Of a DNA stretch of 64,000 nucleotides, positions 1-10,836 are shown one piece after another. A model generated the notes under the pieces. The model was not told where the DNA came from and ran no database searches. It saw only the letters and a list, made by a program, of their open reading frames with translations. The stretch lies in the NCBI GenBank assembly GCA_965240325.2, contig OZ251238.1, positions 1,240,001-1,304,000 of the forward strand. The letters are read 5' to 3'. Numbering within the stretch: the first letter of the stretch is position 1; the number at the start of each line of letters is the position of its first letter. Both the position numbers and the translations under genes were made by a program. Origin of the DNA: Rebecca billardiae RCC1528 (taxonomy: Eukaryota > Protista > Haptophyta).

Positions 1-2
1 CC

Positions 3-749
3 GGCTGCCTCGCTCGCGGGAAGCAGCAAGGCGCGGAGGGCGCAGAGAGCAGCGGAGGCGGCGCCGAGCGCCCGGTGCCCTGGTCCACCCTCCTCTCCCG
101 CCGGCCGCTCCGCCCCATCCTCGCCGCCGCCTGCCTGTTCGGGCTGGGTAGCTGGATCCCCATTGTGCACCTCGTGCAGCAGCTGCTCGACCTGGGGTTC
201 GCGCCCGCGCGCGCGTACGGCGTGCTGCTCTGGGTCGCGATCGGGAACGTGGTGCTGCGCGTGCCGGCGAACGCGCTGGCCGACGTGATCGGCCGGCGGC
301 ACATGTGGGCCGCCTCGTGCGTCCTCTTCGCCTGCGCCGACCTCGCGCTGCTCGCACCCGCCGTGGCCGCGTCGTACGCCGCGCTCTGCGCGTATGGCGT
401 GCTGGCGGGTGGCTGCCTCGGCACTTGCAACTCGCTGATGCCCGCGTTCACGCCCGACGCGGTGGAGGCAGGGGAGATGAGCCAGGCCGTCTCGCTCGCC
501 ATCTCGGCGATGGGCGTGGGCGTGAGCACCGGGCCCGCCATCGCCGGCGCGCTGTACGACGCGCGCGGCACGTATCGGGAGGCGTGGGTGTTTGCGGCCG
601 TGATGCTGCTCGCAGCCGCGGCGCTCCTCGAGGCGTCCACCCTCTGGGCGTTGCGCGCCGCGAGCGAGGACCGCTCGGGGGAGCGCGCGTGCTGCCGCCA
701 GGCTCGAGGCACAGCGGCGGATGCTGAGAGCGATGGTGCCGAGCAGTGA
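3..749 (+). CDS. MFS transporter (monocarboxylate/SLC16-like), C-terminal half; 5' part lies outside the window
   Basis: Frame is open from position 3. About six hydrophobic helices, the MFS loop motif 'LADVIGRR', and 'GPAIAGALYDARGTY' typical of MCT-like C-termini. Confidence 0.8.
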   Translation, partial: GCLARGKQQGAEGAESSGGGAERPVPWSTLLSRRPLRPILAAACLFGLGSWIPIVHLVQQLLDLGFAPARAYGVLLWVAIGNVVLRVPANALADVIGRRHMWAASCVLFACADLALLAPAVAASYAALCAYGVLAGGCLGTCNSLMPAFTPDAVEAGEMSQAVSLAISAMGVGVSTGPAIAGALYDARGTYREAWVFAAVMLLAAAALLEASTLWALRAASEDRSGERACCRQARGTAADAESDGAEQ

Positions 750-1126
750 CGTTCTGTCGGCATCTGACGTCCGGATGGGGCTGGCCAGGGTAGGGCTGGA
801 GGCTGAGTCGGCCGTCGGTCTGATCACCCGGAGCCCGTTATTATAAAGGGGTATTTATACGGGTCCGTACCTCTATAGCTAACTACCTATCTGCTGATAT
901 ATAGCTGACGATAATATATATATGACCGCGTTCCGCGGTCCTTTTTCCGTAGAACGAACGTAGTTCAGGGCCCGCGGTGGCGGTGCACCCTCCGTCGCAG
1001 TCGTCTATTGACAGACCAGTTGCATATGCCCGTACAACTAGACTCCAGCGGCGCGCCGCCGCCCGCCGCGCCGGGCGGGCCCATTGCAGCCGCCGGCGCG
1101 GCGCCGATTGTGTACAGGCGGATGCG

Positions 1127-1430
1127 ACGAGGCGTGATCGACGCATGAGCGCGACTCCACGTGCACACCAGGCCACGCGGAGCTGACAGCCAGGGAGCAC
1201 GGTGCGGGGCCGCGGATTCGTTCGGGCCGCTGCTGCTGACCGCTGTCCCCGGGGTCACTCCCCGCGCCGGCAGCGCCCGGGAGTAGGGCTGGAGGAGTAG
1301 GGTCCGAGTAGGGTTCGACCAGCGCCTGCGCGACGGCCGACAGGCGGGCGCGAGGCGTGATCGACGCATGAGCGCAACTCTACGTGCACGCCAGGCCACG
1401 CGGAGCTGACAGCCCGAGGGAGCACGGTGC
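1127..1430 (+). repeat. Imperfect direct repeat of ~80 bp (copies ~1127-1205 and ~1351-1430)
   Basis: Both copies read cgaggcgtgatcgacgcatgagcgc...gtgcac.ccaggccacgcggagctgacagcc..gggagcacggtgc. Confidence 0.85.
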
Positions 1431-2145
1431 CGAGGTGCGAGGGACCCGTTGCAAGCGTGAGCGCCGAAAAAACGACACTTCGGCGGCCTAGAGTGACGAT
1501 ACAGTCTTGCAGGCGGCGGCGGCGGCGGCGGGAGCGTGACAGTGCGTCTACCATCACCTTCCGTCTAGCGCGCTACGCCGCGCGTGCCGGGTAGTGCCCC
1601 CGGCCCGCCGCAGCAGCAGCCTCGACAAGTGAAGAGACGATGACCGCGGACGCAGTGCCGCCGAGTACAGCCTGCATCCACTTGCCGCGCGGCGCGCACT
1701 GTAGTTGCACTTGCAGCGCTCGCGCTCGGCGAGCATGGGCGTGCGCTCAGGCGTGTCAAGTGCTGTCTCGTCGGCGCGCTTTCGCCTGCCACCTCGTGCA
1801 CCCGTGCACGCAGCTTCATCGTCTTCATGAGGACTGCTGTGCTGCTGTCGCCATCACCCGAGTCCGAGTCGCGCGCGGCGCGCGCGGTGGCAGCTGTGCA
1901 CCGCAGAGTGTCACCGCTGCTGCTTCGCAGCAGTCATCAGCAGCTGCGTCGTCATCCTCCTCGTCGTCGGCTTCCACTGCCGCAAGAGGGAACGCTGCCA
2001 AAGCTGCAGTTGGGAGGCAAGCCCTTCTCTCTTCCCACCGCGGCGCGCGCGCTGCGACAGCCCTCCCCGTTTCCTTCTCTTGACCACCTGCTGAGGGGTT
2101 TGCAGCTCGATCTCGGCAACGGCAGCACCTGGCGACGAACGGATT

Positions 2146-2186
2146 GGATTGGTGCACGGGGAATTGGATTCCCCGTGCACCAATCC
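2146..2186. repeat. Perfect 19-bp inverted repeat with 3-nt loop
   Basis: ggattggtgcacggggaat-tgg-attccccgtgcaccaatcc. Confidence 0.9.
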
Positions 2187-3457
2187 GCTCGGCTCGTCGC
2201 GCCCGGCAGCCATCGCCCAGCGCTAGTTGCAAAACCGTATTTTCACCGGTACGTCGCATTTTCACCGCCCTACGGTCACTCACCCGTGCAACGGGTCGAG
2301 GGCACCGGTGATCCGGTTCGCGCAAGTCGCCGCGCGTGCACGGGCAGCTGACACACCTCGATCAGGCTCGGCACGCGTTGCAGAGGCACGGCCAGCTCTG
2401 GGGACGTCACGCACCACCGTCGCCCGCGCAGCTCGTCCTCCTCGTAGAGTACCGTTCAGTTCCGAGGCGTAGCCCTCGCTCAGAGTCGACCGACGATGGA
2501 CTCGGATCGTCGGCGCGCCTGCTCTCTCTCAATCAAGAAGAGTTCTGGGAGACCCCGGAAAGGCATGGCAAGGGCGGCGCGTGGTGAAGTCGAAGGCTCA
2601 GAGATCGATCAGTCCGGCATCAGGCGCCGCTGCCCCCGAGCTTGCGAGAGCCCGAACACAGGGCGGCGGCTGCGGCGCCGGCTCGCGGACGCGCCGGGGC
2701 CGCGCAAGGCCGCGCCGAGGCATCGACAGGGCGGCAGGGCCAGGGGCGGCGGGGGCGCGCGGAGTGAGCGGGGGCACGACGAACGCGATGTCGACGGCAG
2801 TCGGGACCCGCCGCAGCCGCGCGCTCCAGGCGCCATTCGCCGCGCGCACCTGCCCATCGCCGTCCTCACCCGTCGGTCGCTCGTGAGCCTCGTGCCCGTG
2901 GCTCGCCTCCAAACGCGGGCCGCCTCTGGTGGGCCGCCGCCCGGGGCCACGCGCGCGCCCAACCAAGTCCGTTCGCGTCAGATAGTATTGAGATATACGC
3001 CGAGCTTGGGCCCTCTGCTACTGACCCTTGCCTTGTCGGCTCCTGATACAGATAGGGCGCGATTGAATAGTTGATCAACTGATTCAAGGGACGTAGACAT
3101 TGTCACATCGGTTCGCGGCAATCTCACTATCAAACTAAATCGCTCGTAACGAACCGTTACGTTAAAGTCACGGCCGCTCACGTCCCGTCCATCGATTGAA
3201 TAGGGAATGTCGTGGACGCGGTTATTTCCGTCCGTAATGCATGTGTAGAGAGGGTCTCAAAAATCGAAACTCGGTCACCGCCAGCCCTAAAAATCGCCCC
3301 CCGTCCCTTTTTTCTTGATCAAAGATCTTTTTGAAACGTGGTTAGGGCCCACGGAGCGGGCTCCACGCTGCGCGTTCCGCCCTGCACCGCGGGCCATAAT
3401 ATACTTATTATAATATATATATGAATAAATATATCATATATATATGTCTAGCCACTC

Positions 3458-4384
3458 CTGTGTGCGAATCAAGCCTCGACGGGCGTCGGCCAACCCGTCG
3501 GCCACAGGATGCCCACTTTTGCCCGTTCATCGGCCAGTGGCCGACTACGACGAATAAATGAATATATATATATAGTATATATTCATTCATCCCTTTTTCT
3601 TTTTCGGCAAAAGATTATTCACCACTCGGGCAGAACGCCAATGGTACCCCAACGAGGTCGGCTTGACTCTGTCTGGCGGGCATGATCTCGTCGCAGAAGC
3701 TGCTTGCAGCCGACTACTGTGCCGCGGCGCTCGTCCGCTCGCCGCGAGGCTGCCGCAGTCGCCGCGTCGGCAGACGTGGTCTGCGTGAGACGATGCCGCA
3801 GCGCTGCTGGCAGTGCAAGCGCGAGCCGTGGCAGAAGTAGGGGTCGTGGGCGCGGGCGTGGGCGCGGTCGCGGTCGCGGGTGCGGCCGCTGACTCGCCCT
3901 CGGAGAGTCTCGCCGGGCTCGCCGCCTGCTGCACCTCGCGTCCTTCACTCGCCGGGCCGGCGCGCAGAATCGGCAAATACATCGCAATAGACATAGTCGC
4001 CTGTAACTGATATAGTATATCAGATTAACACACACAGGCACACACACACACCTGCCAAGCTCGGTCGAGACCGCCACTGGGGCTCAACAAGTCCACCAGT
4101 TGGGTCGGCCGAGCCCCGGGGCCGCCCTCTCGAACTACGACCGTGCAGAGTCGGACAGTGCTGCAGCCCGCGCGGCGTGCTCACGCGGCCATCACGCGCC
4201 GGCGCCGTGGCCGTGCCGTCCGGCGCGGCCTACAGTACGAGTACGGCGGTCCGGCCGCCGGACGGCCATCGGCCAATACCCATCGGCCAGAGATGGATGG
4301 TCGACCGCTAACCATCGGCCATGGCCGCCTAGCGGCCAATATCATCGGTCATGGCCGGCCATATAGGCCTTGATTCGCACATAG
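3458..4384. mobile_element. Non-autonomous TIR DNA transposon, hAT-like (927 bp)
   Basis: TIR ctgtgtgcgaatcaag / cttgattcgcacatag (16 bp, 1 mismatch). Perfect 8-bp TSD agccactc at 3450-3457 and 4385-4392. Subterminal tcggcca repeats. No transposase. Confidence 0.8.
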
Positions 4385-5951
4385 AGCCACTCCGCCATGC
4401 CCGGCTCGTACAAGGCGTCGGGTACGAGGCCTGTTTTATTTCTACGAGAGCCCAAAGGCGACATTCGCCAAAACGCGGAACAATGGCGGCTTGCCCGCTG
4501 GTGCGGGCGCCGGAGCTAGTCCGGAGTAGTGATGGCACGTCATTCGCGCATTCTCGTGTTGATGCGCTGCGCTGTAGCGAAGAATGTTGTCAGACATGCT
4601 GCCTCGCCTTGCCGTGGTGCTTCGCCTTGACACAGGGGTCACTCGCGGTGCACGGCAGTGTGTACGATGCAGCCGGCGAGCGGCGGGCAAACCGCCGCAG
4701 CTGCAGGCCCTCTGCAAGCTGCAAGCACTCTGCCTTGGCTGCATCGCACCCGTGTCAGTTAGCGACCAGTTCACAGCCAGATGGACTGCAATCGCCACCA
4801 GCTCTAAACGCTCCGCCGCCACTACCTTGTCGAGCTTGAGATGCTTCCGTTCGGCGTGCGCTTGCATGCAGCTTGCCGCCTGCATTTGAACGTGAGCGCG
4901 GAAGGTTGGTAGGCCGGATACTCAGGCCTCCTCGGCGTAAAATATGACAAGGTGCGTGCCACGCGCACCCATGACGCGCGGAAAGGCGTGCACACGTCTC
5001 CTGGCGCATCTGGCAGGCTGCAGTCTTGGCCAAGATGATGAGAACAAGCCTGCAATCGCTCGCCGCGCGGGCGCAGAGCGCGCGGAGAGTTTTGGGATAC
5101 GACCCATGGTGTTGGATGTACCTCGTGTGCGACAACGACGAGGCGGACGAGCGCCGCAACTGGATTCCTGCACTCACCGGTCACCGAGGAGTGCAGGAAT
5201 CGCGTTCCTCGCGCACGTGGGGGCCGCCATCGGCCGTGAGAGGTACATCCAACGGGGCGTGACACCGATTCCCACTGGCGGGCAGGGGTTTGTCGCCGTG
5301 ACATAGGAAATGGAATCTGGTAGAAATAAAACAGGCCACGAATGGACTCTGGAGCTGGATGGTCGCGGCGCGCGGCGTCGTGGAGTAGACAGACCACAAT
5401 GATCAATCATGGAACGATCAGGTTAGCTATGTTATTGGGATTTGAGCAACGAACGACGGCGGGCGCTGGCAGCGGCGTGGCGGTTGAGCTGCTGCCCGAG
5501 GTCGAGAGGGCGCCCGCGAGTTCCCTATAACGCCACATATATATAGTGTGCTGTATGTAGCATATTGTCATCACTATACGACAGTGTCGTGTCATCACAG
5601 TAGTGTCATCGTAGGTCGCAGCGCGGTGCCGCCCTGACGGCATCACGGGCTCACAGCGGTGCGCAGCGCTCGGCAGCACGCCTCGGTCGCGGCCCGCGGG
5701 CCCGCCGCCGGGCCGCGCGGGCCGCGGCGTCGCGGCCTCCGCGACGGTCAGCCACTGCACTGCCCCGCCGTGATGATCGGCTCATACCGCGAATTTTCCT
5801 GCCGGACGTCATCGCGGGAGTCTGCGCAAGGCAACCGACAGAGACACCCGCCGCCAGCCCCACCGGGCCGCGGCTGCAACGGTGCGACATCGCCCCTTTC
5901 GGGCGCTGCGTGTGCGCCTGGTGCCATGGCATCGCGACTGAGCTGAGTGGC

Positions 5952-6653
5952 TCAGTCCGAGTCTGATCCGCGCCGCTTGCTCTTCTTGGGTGCGCGCTCG
6001 TCGTCCGAGTCGGGGCCGTCGGCGTCGCGCTCGGCGCGGCGGCGCCGGCGCTCCTCCTTGCGCGCGGCCTTCTCCTCCTTTCGCCGTCGACGCTCCTCCT
6101 CACGCGCCGCGCGCTCGAGCTCTCGCTCGGCGGCCGCCTGCTGCTCCGCCAGGGCGCGTTCCTCCTCCTCACGGCGCTGCTGGCGCTCGTGCTTCTTTTG
6201 AGCCTGCAGCTCGCGGTCGAAAGCAGAGCCCACCACATGCGTCTCGCCGATCCGCAGCGCGCGCCGCATCTGCGCGTCCTCCGCCTGCTTCGCCGCGGCC
6301 TGCTGATGCGTCTCGTCTGGCCGGCCGGCGGGCGGCTTGCGCGCACCAGCGGGCTGCGCGATAAGCGCCGAGCGGCGCTTCTCGAGACGGGCGTCGATCT
6401 CTTCGGCGCTGAGTGGCGGCTCTCGCCGCTCGAGCTCCTCGCGCAGCTCGCACAGCTTCACCTCCACCTGCCGCTTGCGCTCGTGCTCGAGCATCTCCTC
6501 GTTGGGCTTGCGCGGCGCGATCGGGCCGGCGCCCGGCGCCCACGGCTTCGCCTCAGAGCGCGAGCGGCGCGCGGGCACGTGCGACAGGTTGCGCTGCACG
6601 TAGCCATTCGTGCCCGAGCCGCGGACGGTCTGCAGTCCGATGCCGTTGTACAT
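5952..6653 (-). CDS. CWC21: Pre-mRNA splicing factor CWC21 (cwf21/SRRM2 N-terminal family), 233 aa
   Basis: Starts with the diagnostic MYNGIGLQTVRGSGTNGYVQRNL. Cwf21 domain 'EMLEHERKRQVEVK' and 'GSAFDRELQ'. ATG is at 6653; the upstream ORF extension runs into a transposon. Confidence 0.93.
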   Translation of the reverse strand: MYNGIGLQTVRGSGTNGYVQRNLSHVPARRSRSEAKPWAPGAGPIAPRKPNEEMLEHERKRQVEVKLCELREELERREPPLSAEEIDARLEKRRSALIAQPAGARKPPAGRPDETHQQAAAKQAEDAQMRRALRIGETHVVGSAFDRELQAQKKHERQQRREEEERALAEQQAAAERELERAAREEERRRRKEEKAARKEERRRRRAERDADGPDSDDERAPKKSKRRGSDSD

Positions 6654-6746
6654 CTCGCGTCGACCCGCCCCTTCCTTCCGCCTCGCGAGCAGAGCCAAGG
6701 AAGGCACTCGCTCTGCTGCAACACTTTCAGCCATCTGGATCCCTGC

Positions 6747-7852
6747 CAAGGGTAGTAAGGGTGAGCAACTCCGCTGGCGACAGCCGCGAAGGTCGGCAGC
6801 CCTCTCGGTTGCCGCGAGCGGAGCGGAGCGAGTGCTATCAGCGGCGGAGGGCGCTGAGGCCGCGCACGGCGTGAGGCGCGGCGTCGGCCGAGTCGGTCCG
6901 CGGAGGATGCGCGGCGCTCGGCCCGCTGCGCAGCGGCAGTGCGCCTCACTTTGCCCCGAGCACCGTCCTCCGCGTCGCCTCCTTCCCGCCTTGGAGCAGC
7001 ACGCATGTGCGCGCCGCCACCTTGAAGGCGGCACGGGCTTGCTCAGACGACCGCGCGCGCGTGGCGCGCGACTTGGTCGGCTGCGCGCGCGCGCCGCCGC
7101 GGTGCAAGGTAGCGCCGCCGCATGCGCGCGCCGTGCCCGCGCGAGCCTTTGCTCACGGCCATCTCATGAGCGTAGTGCTCGCTTGTCTGCTTGCTCTCAC
7201 GAATGATTTGCTGTGCCTCACGCTGGCACTCGTCGGGTCGATCAGCGAGGTGTTGAGTGACATTGGATACCCAGGACGAAGGCCTAGTCTTGTCTATTCC
7301 TTCTCAGCACGAATGCAAGTGGACGCTAAGGCTCCGCATCGATGGTACCAACACTCACGCCGCTGTCTTTTCCAGCTTCCCGTCAGTCCGCAAGTCGGAT
7401 GCCAAGCAGCATTCGACATGTGTGTGAGGTCGCACTCAGGTCCGCGCACACGCTCTCGCGCTGGCACGGCGCGCGCATGCGGCGGCGCTACCTTGCACCG
7501 CGGCGGCGCGCGCGCGCAGCCGACCAAGTCGCGCGCCACGCGCGCGCGGTCGTCTGAGCAAGCCCGTGCCGCCTTCAAGGTGGCGGCGCGCACATGCGTG
7601 CTGCTCCAAGGCGGGAAGGAGGCGACGCGGAGGACGGCGCTCGGGGCAAAGTGAGGCGCACTGCCGCTGCGCAGCGTGCCGAGCGCCGCGCATCCTCCGC
7701 GGACCGACTCGGCCGACGCCGCGCCTCACGCCGTGCGCGGCCTCAGCGCCCTCCGCCGCTGATAGCACTCGCTCCGCTCCGCTCGCGGCAAACAGAGGGC
7801 TGCCGACCTTCGCGGCTGTCGCCAGCGGAGTTGCTCACCCTTACTACCCTTG
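6747..7852. mobile_element. Foldback-type non-autonomous transposon (P/Galileo-like) with ~398-bp TIRs
   Basis: Near-identical inverted arms 6747-7145 and 7455-7852 with a 309-bp spacer. Termini CAAGGGTAGTAAGGG...CCCTTACTACCCTTG. 7-bp TSD tccctgc at 6740-6746 and 7853-7859. Confidence 0.85.
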
Positions 7853-8095
7853 TCCCTGCCACTGGAGAGCTGGTCAGGGAGCGAAGACGTGAAGCGTCCA
7901 CCTGAGCACCGTCCACGATGCCGGTCGCCTGAAAGGTCAGAAACTTCAGAAGACAGTCCGCGTGACTGCGACCGGGGCGGGGAACCGCAAACGCCCCGTA
8001 GGGTTTCCTACGTCGGCCGTCGGGCGGTCGGGGTGATGGCGGCAGCCGGCTCATCGGCGTCGTCTCGCGTGTCTCGGCTCTCGCGCTACCGCGCA

Positions 8096-9013
8096 ATGTC
8101 GGCGGTGGTGCTATTGTTGTGCGCGCCGGCGAGTACGCTGCCCGACAAAGTGTTCTTCCTTGGGGCCGGCTCAACTGGCACACGCGCACTCCACACGTTC
8201 ATGAAGAGCCCCAAGATGGGATACCGCTCGGCTCATCTCGCGTGCGCGAACGCCACCGAGCGGAGACGACCGGACGTGAGCGAGCTCAGGAGAAGCTGGG
8301 CACACTGGGCAAGTGACGCAGGACAGCACATCTCCGATTCAGTCTGCTGGTCCCAGTTCGACGCCTTCACAGACCAAGGCGACCAGGCCGACTTTGAGTG
8401 GCTTGACGCGCGCTTTGCGGGTGCGCGCTTCGTGCTCAACACGCGGCCGCTGCTCCCCTTCCTCGTCAGCCGGCTTGACCACCGAAGGCGTGCGTATGCC
8501 AGGCGTTTCATCCGCGATGCGCATGGCGAGGAGACTCGCGAGTGGCACGAGCTGCCTCTCCCTCCGGACACGACCGAGTGGATCGTACAGCTCATCTCGA
8601 CAAATGCGGCGCACCAGCAGCGGGTCCTGTGCTACTTCAGCTCGAGCTGGGAGCGCATGCAGCGCTTCGTCGTCGTGTCCGTGCAGACCATGGAGGCGTG
8701 CGAGCTGGGCGAGCTGCTCAGGTGGGTGACGCGGCCCGACTGGCGGGGCGCCCGCACGACACGCGAGCTCGTGGACGACCCAGCCAAGCTGCCAGCGCCC
8801 GCCCCGCCGCTCACCTCGAGTGATCGACTGTGTCTCCCGCCAGCGAAGCATGCCGGCGTCGAGGGATCGATGCATCCCTCGTCCTCGGGTGACGCCGTGA
8901 GGTCCGTCTTGAGGGACACGCTCGGGTGTCGAGCAGTCGACCAGCTCGTGTACAGGCGCTGTGCGCGGCTCGCGCAGCTGTGCGCAGCAAGGAATGGCTC
9001 CATCATGGTCTGA
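8096..9013 (+). CDS. Putative secreted sulfotransferase-family (P-loop-like) protein
   Basis: Signal-like MSAVVLLLCAPAS, PAPS-binding-like 'KVFFLGAGSTGTRALH', plus 'FDAFTD' and 'ARFVLNTRP...SRLDH'. Alternative in-frame ATG at 8036. Confidence 0.65.
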   Translation: MSAVVLLLCAPASTLPDKVFFLGAGSTGTRALHTFMKSPKMGYRSAHLACANATERRRPDVSELRRSWAHWASDAGQHISDSVCWSQFDAFTDQGDQADFEWLDARFAGARFVLNTRPLLPFLVSRLDHRRRAYARRFIRDAHGEETREWHELPLPPDTTEWIVQLISTNAAHQQRVLCYFSSSWERMQRFVVVSVQTMEACELGELLRWVTRPDWRGARTTRELVDDPAKLPAPAPPLTSSDRLCLPPAKHAGVEGSMHPSSSGDAVRSVLRDTLGCRAVDQLVYRRCARLAQLCAARNGSIMV

Positions 9014-9779
9014 CGGATGGTGCCTCCACTGTCCAGCACGGATGCCCCCGACCATCCGCCTGCGGCCTCAGAGTTCGACGCCGCGGCGGCCCCGCGGCCC
9101 CCGCGCGACCGGACTCGCGCTCGATCGCCTGCTGATCGCCTCGTAGTCGTAAGTAGAGCCAGGGCAAGGGCAAGGTGCACGCCAGCTCCTGAGTCCTGGC
9201 CATTCTAGGATTTATAACGCCACAGCTAGGACGGCGCATGCCTCCCGCTGATTCACGTTGGTGGCAGTATGCCAGTATGCTGCCCAGCTCGGCAGCTGGC
9301 GCTGCCCGATTACGTCCGGACCTCAGTATGAGCAGTCGGCATGGGTGGCAGAGCACCGCCTGCGGCGCCTGCCGCCGCGCCCGTCGATGCCCGATCGAAC
9401 ATCGTCATGTCATATATATATTGGCTTGACCGCTTGAGGCCTGAGGGCCGTGAAGAACTTGGCTTGAGCAGGACCTGACAATGGCAGTGCGCCTGTAAAT
9501 CCGCCGGCGCCTTAGGCGGGATGCGCTTGTTGTGGAATGTGGAGCAGCCTGCCCAGCCGGCCAGGCCGGTGGCGCCCGGTGAGCACCCGAGTGCCTTCCG
9601 GAGTGACGCGCACAGTGCCGCCCGTCCCGGCCGCCTTGGCTGGTACTCTCCGCCATCGCACTCCGCCGAGTTATTGTACGCGCGATGGCGCCGCGCGCAG
9701 TCCGGCGGAGAGTATTGTACCAGAGACTGCCAGATGCGGTACACCGCCAGCCGGCCGCGTGCCCGGGCCACGCGCTACT

Positions 9780-10012
9780 GTTCGGACGACGAAGTTTTGT
9801 GGACGACGGTGGGGCGAGGACGACGGGCGCTGGCGCGTCGCGAGGCGGCCGCCGCCCTCATCCAGGCCTCGCAGGCGGACGACTGAATGAATCTTCCGGC
9901 GGCGCTACCATCGGCGACGGCTTCATGGGCGGTGACAGTTGGCGGGCGTCAATCTCGCCTGCCTGAGCTACTGTGTGCGTCTCTTATTCTGAGTAAACTG
10001 CTGTACAGTTTA
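9780..10012 (+). repeat. Interspersed repeat family R1, long copy
   Basis: Aligns over ~230 bp with 54908-55132; ends in ctcttattct.agtaaactg..tac. Confidence 0.8.
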
Positions 10013-10083
10013 CTAATGTACTGTATGTTTTAACGTGCACACTATCACGCTGCTTAACTAACTGAGTGTGCACGTTAAAACAT

Positions 10084-10185
10084 AGTAAACTGTACAGTTT
10101 GTAACTGCTAAGAATAAGAGACGCACACAGCTCAGGCAGGCGAGATTGACGCCCGCCAACTGTCACCGCCCATGAAGCCGTCGCC
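10084..10185 (-). repeat. Repeat R1, inverted 5'-truncated copy, tail-to-tail with the preceding copy
   Basis: agaataagagacgcacacagctcaggcaggcgagattgacgcccgccaactgtcaccgcccatgaagccgtcgcc is the near-exact reverse complement of 9913-9990. Confidence 0.85.
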
Positions 10186-10836
10186 TCGTCACAGTACAGT
10201 AGCCCGACCGAGGCTCAGGCTGCGCGGCTTGCCGCTGAGAATCTCATAACAGCGCGCGCGTCGCGCTCCTTATCACTGCCCGGACCGGGCGGGAGGCGGT
10301 GGAGACTGGAGTGCAGACTCGCGGGCTGTCCGTACGGGTAGCTGGCGCCGTTGGCCGGCCACACTGGCCACTGGGTCGGCGCGGCGGCGCGGACGGGCGG
10401 TAGCTGCGGCGACGGTCGGGCAGGACGCGTCGGCGAGGGCAGCGCGGGCTGGAAGCGGAGAGCTGCACTCACGGCGTGCGTCCCCCCGCCTCCCCCGGCC
10501 AATCCGCAATCGAATGCAGTCCGAGGGCCCCGGCGCAAACGTGACCCGACTGGCACGGCTCCCACTTTCCTGCGGCGCCGCGCCGCGCCGCAAACGTGAG
10601 CTGCTCGAGGCACGCCGACCAATACACTCAGCGGGGGGGGGGGCAGCGAGCGCCGGCACCGAGTCCGGGGAGGCGCGCGCGGGGGAGAGTCCGGGAGGGA
10701 GTCCGGGCCTGTGCGGAGCGGCGCCGGCAGTCATAACGCGATAACCGCCGGACTGCCAAACCAGCCAAACCCACTGCACTCCCGTCGCGTCGGCCATCGC
10801 CCCAAATCTCCGCGAGCGCTGCCTCCCAACGGGACG

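Noticed and set aside
969-3395. Large TIR element bounded by ggcccgcggtg / caccgcgggcc
   Set aside because: Only 11 bp of GC-rich match and no TSD; expected by chance.
6654-7034. N-terminal extension of CWC21 (360-aa ORF)
   Set aside because: The family starts at MYNGIG, and the extension reads through a foldback arm.
7455-7560. Conserved peptide (HGAR....YLA...ADQVA) encoded in the foldback arms
   Set aside because: Similar apparent conservation appears in the antisense frame and continues past a stop codon, so coding constraint cannot be shown by eye.
9670-9745. MYND zinc-finger gene (YARWRRAQ...YCTRDCQ; similar trace near 4655-4760)
   Set aside because: Too short and missing several cysteines; at best relics that cannot be supported as genes.
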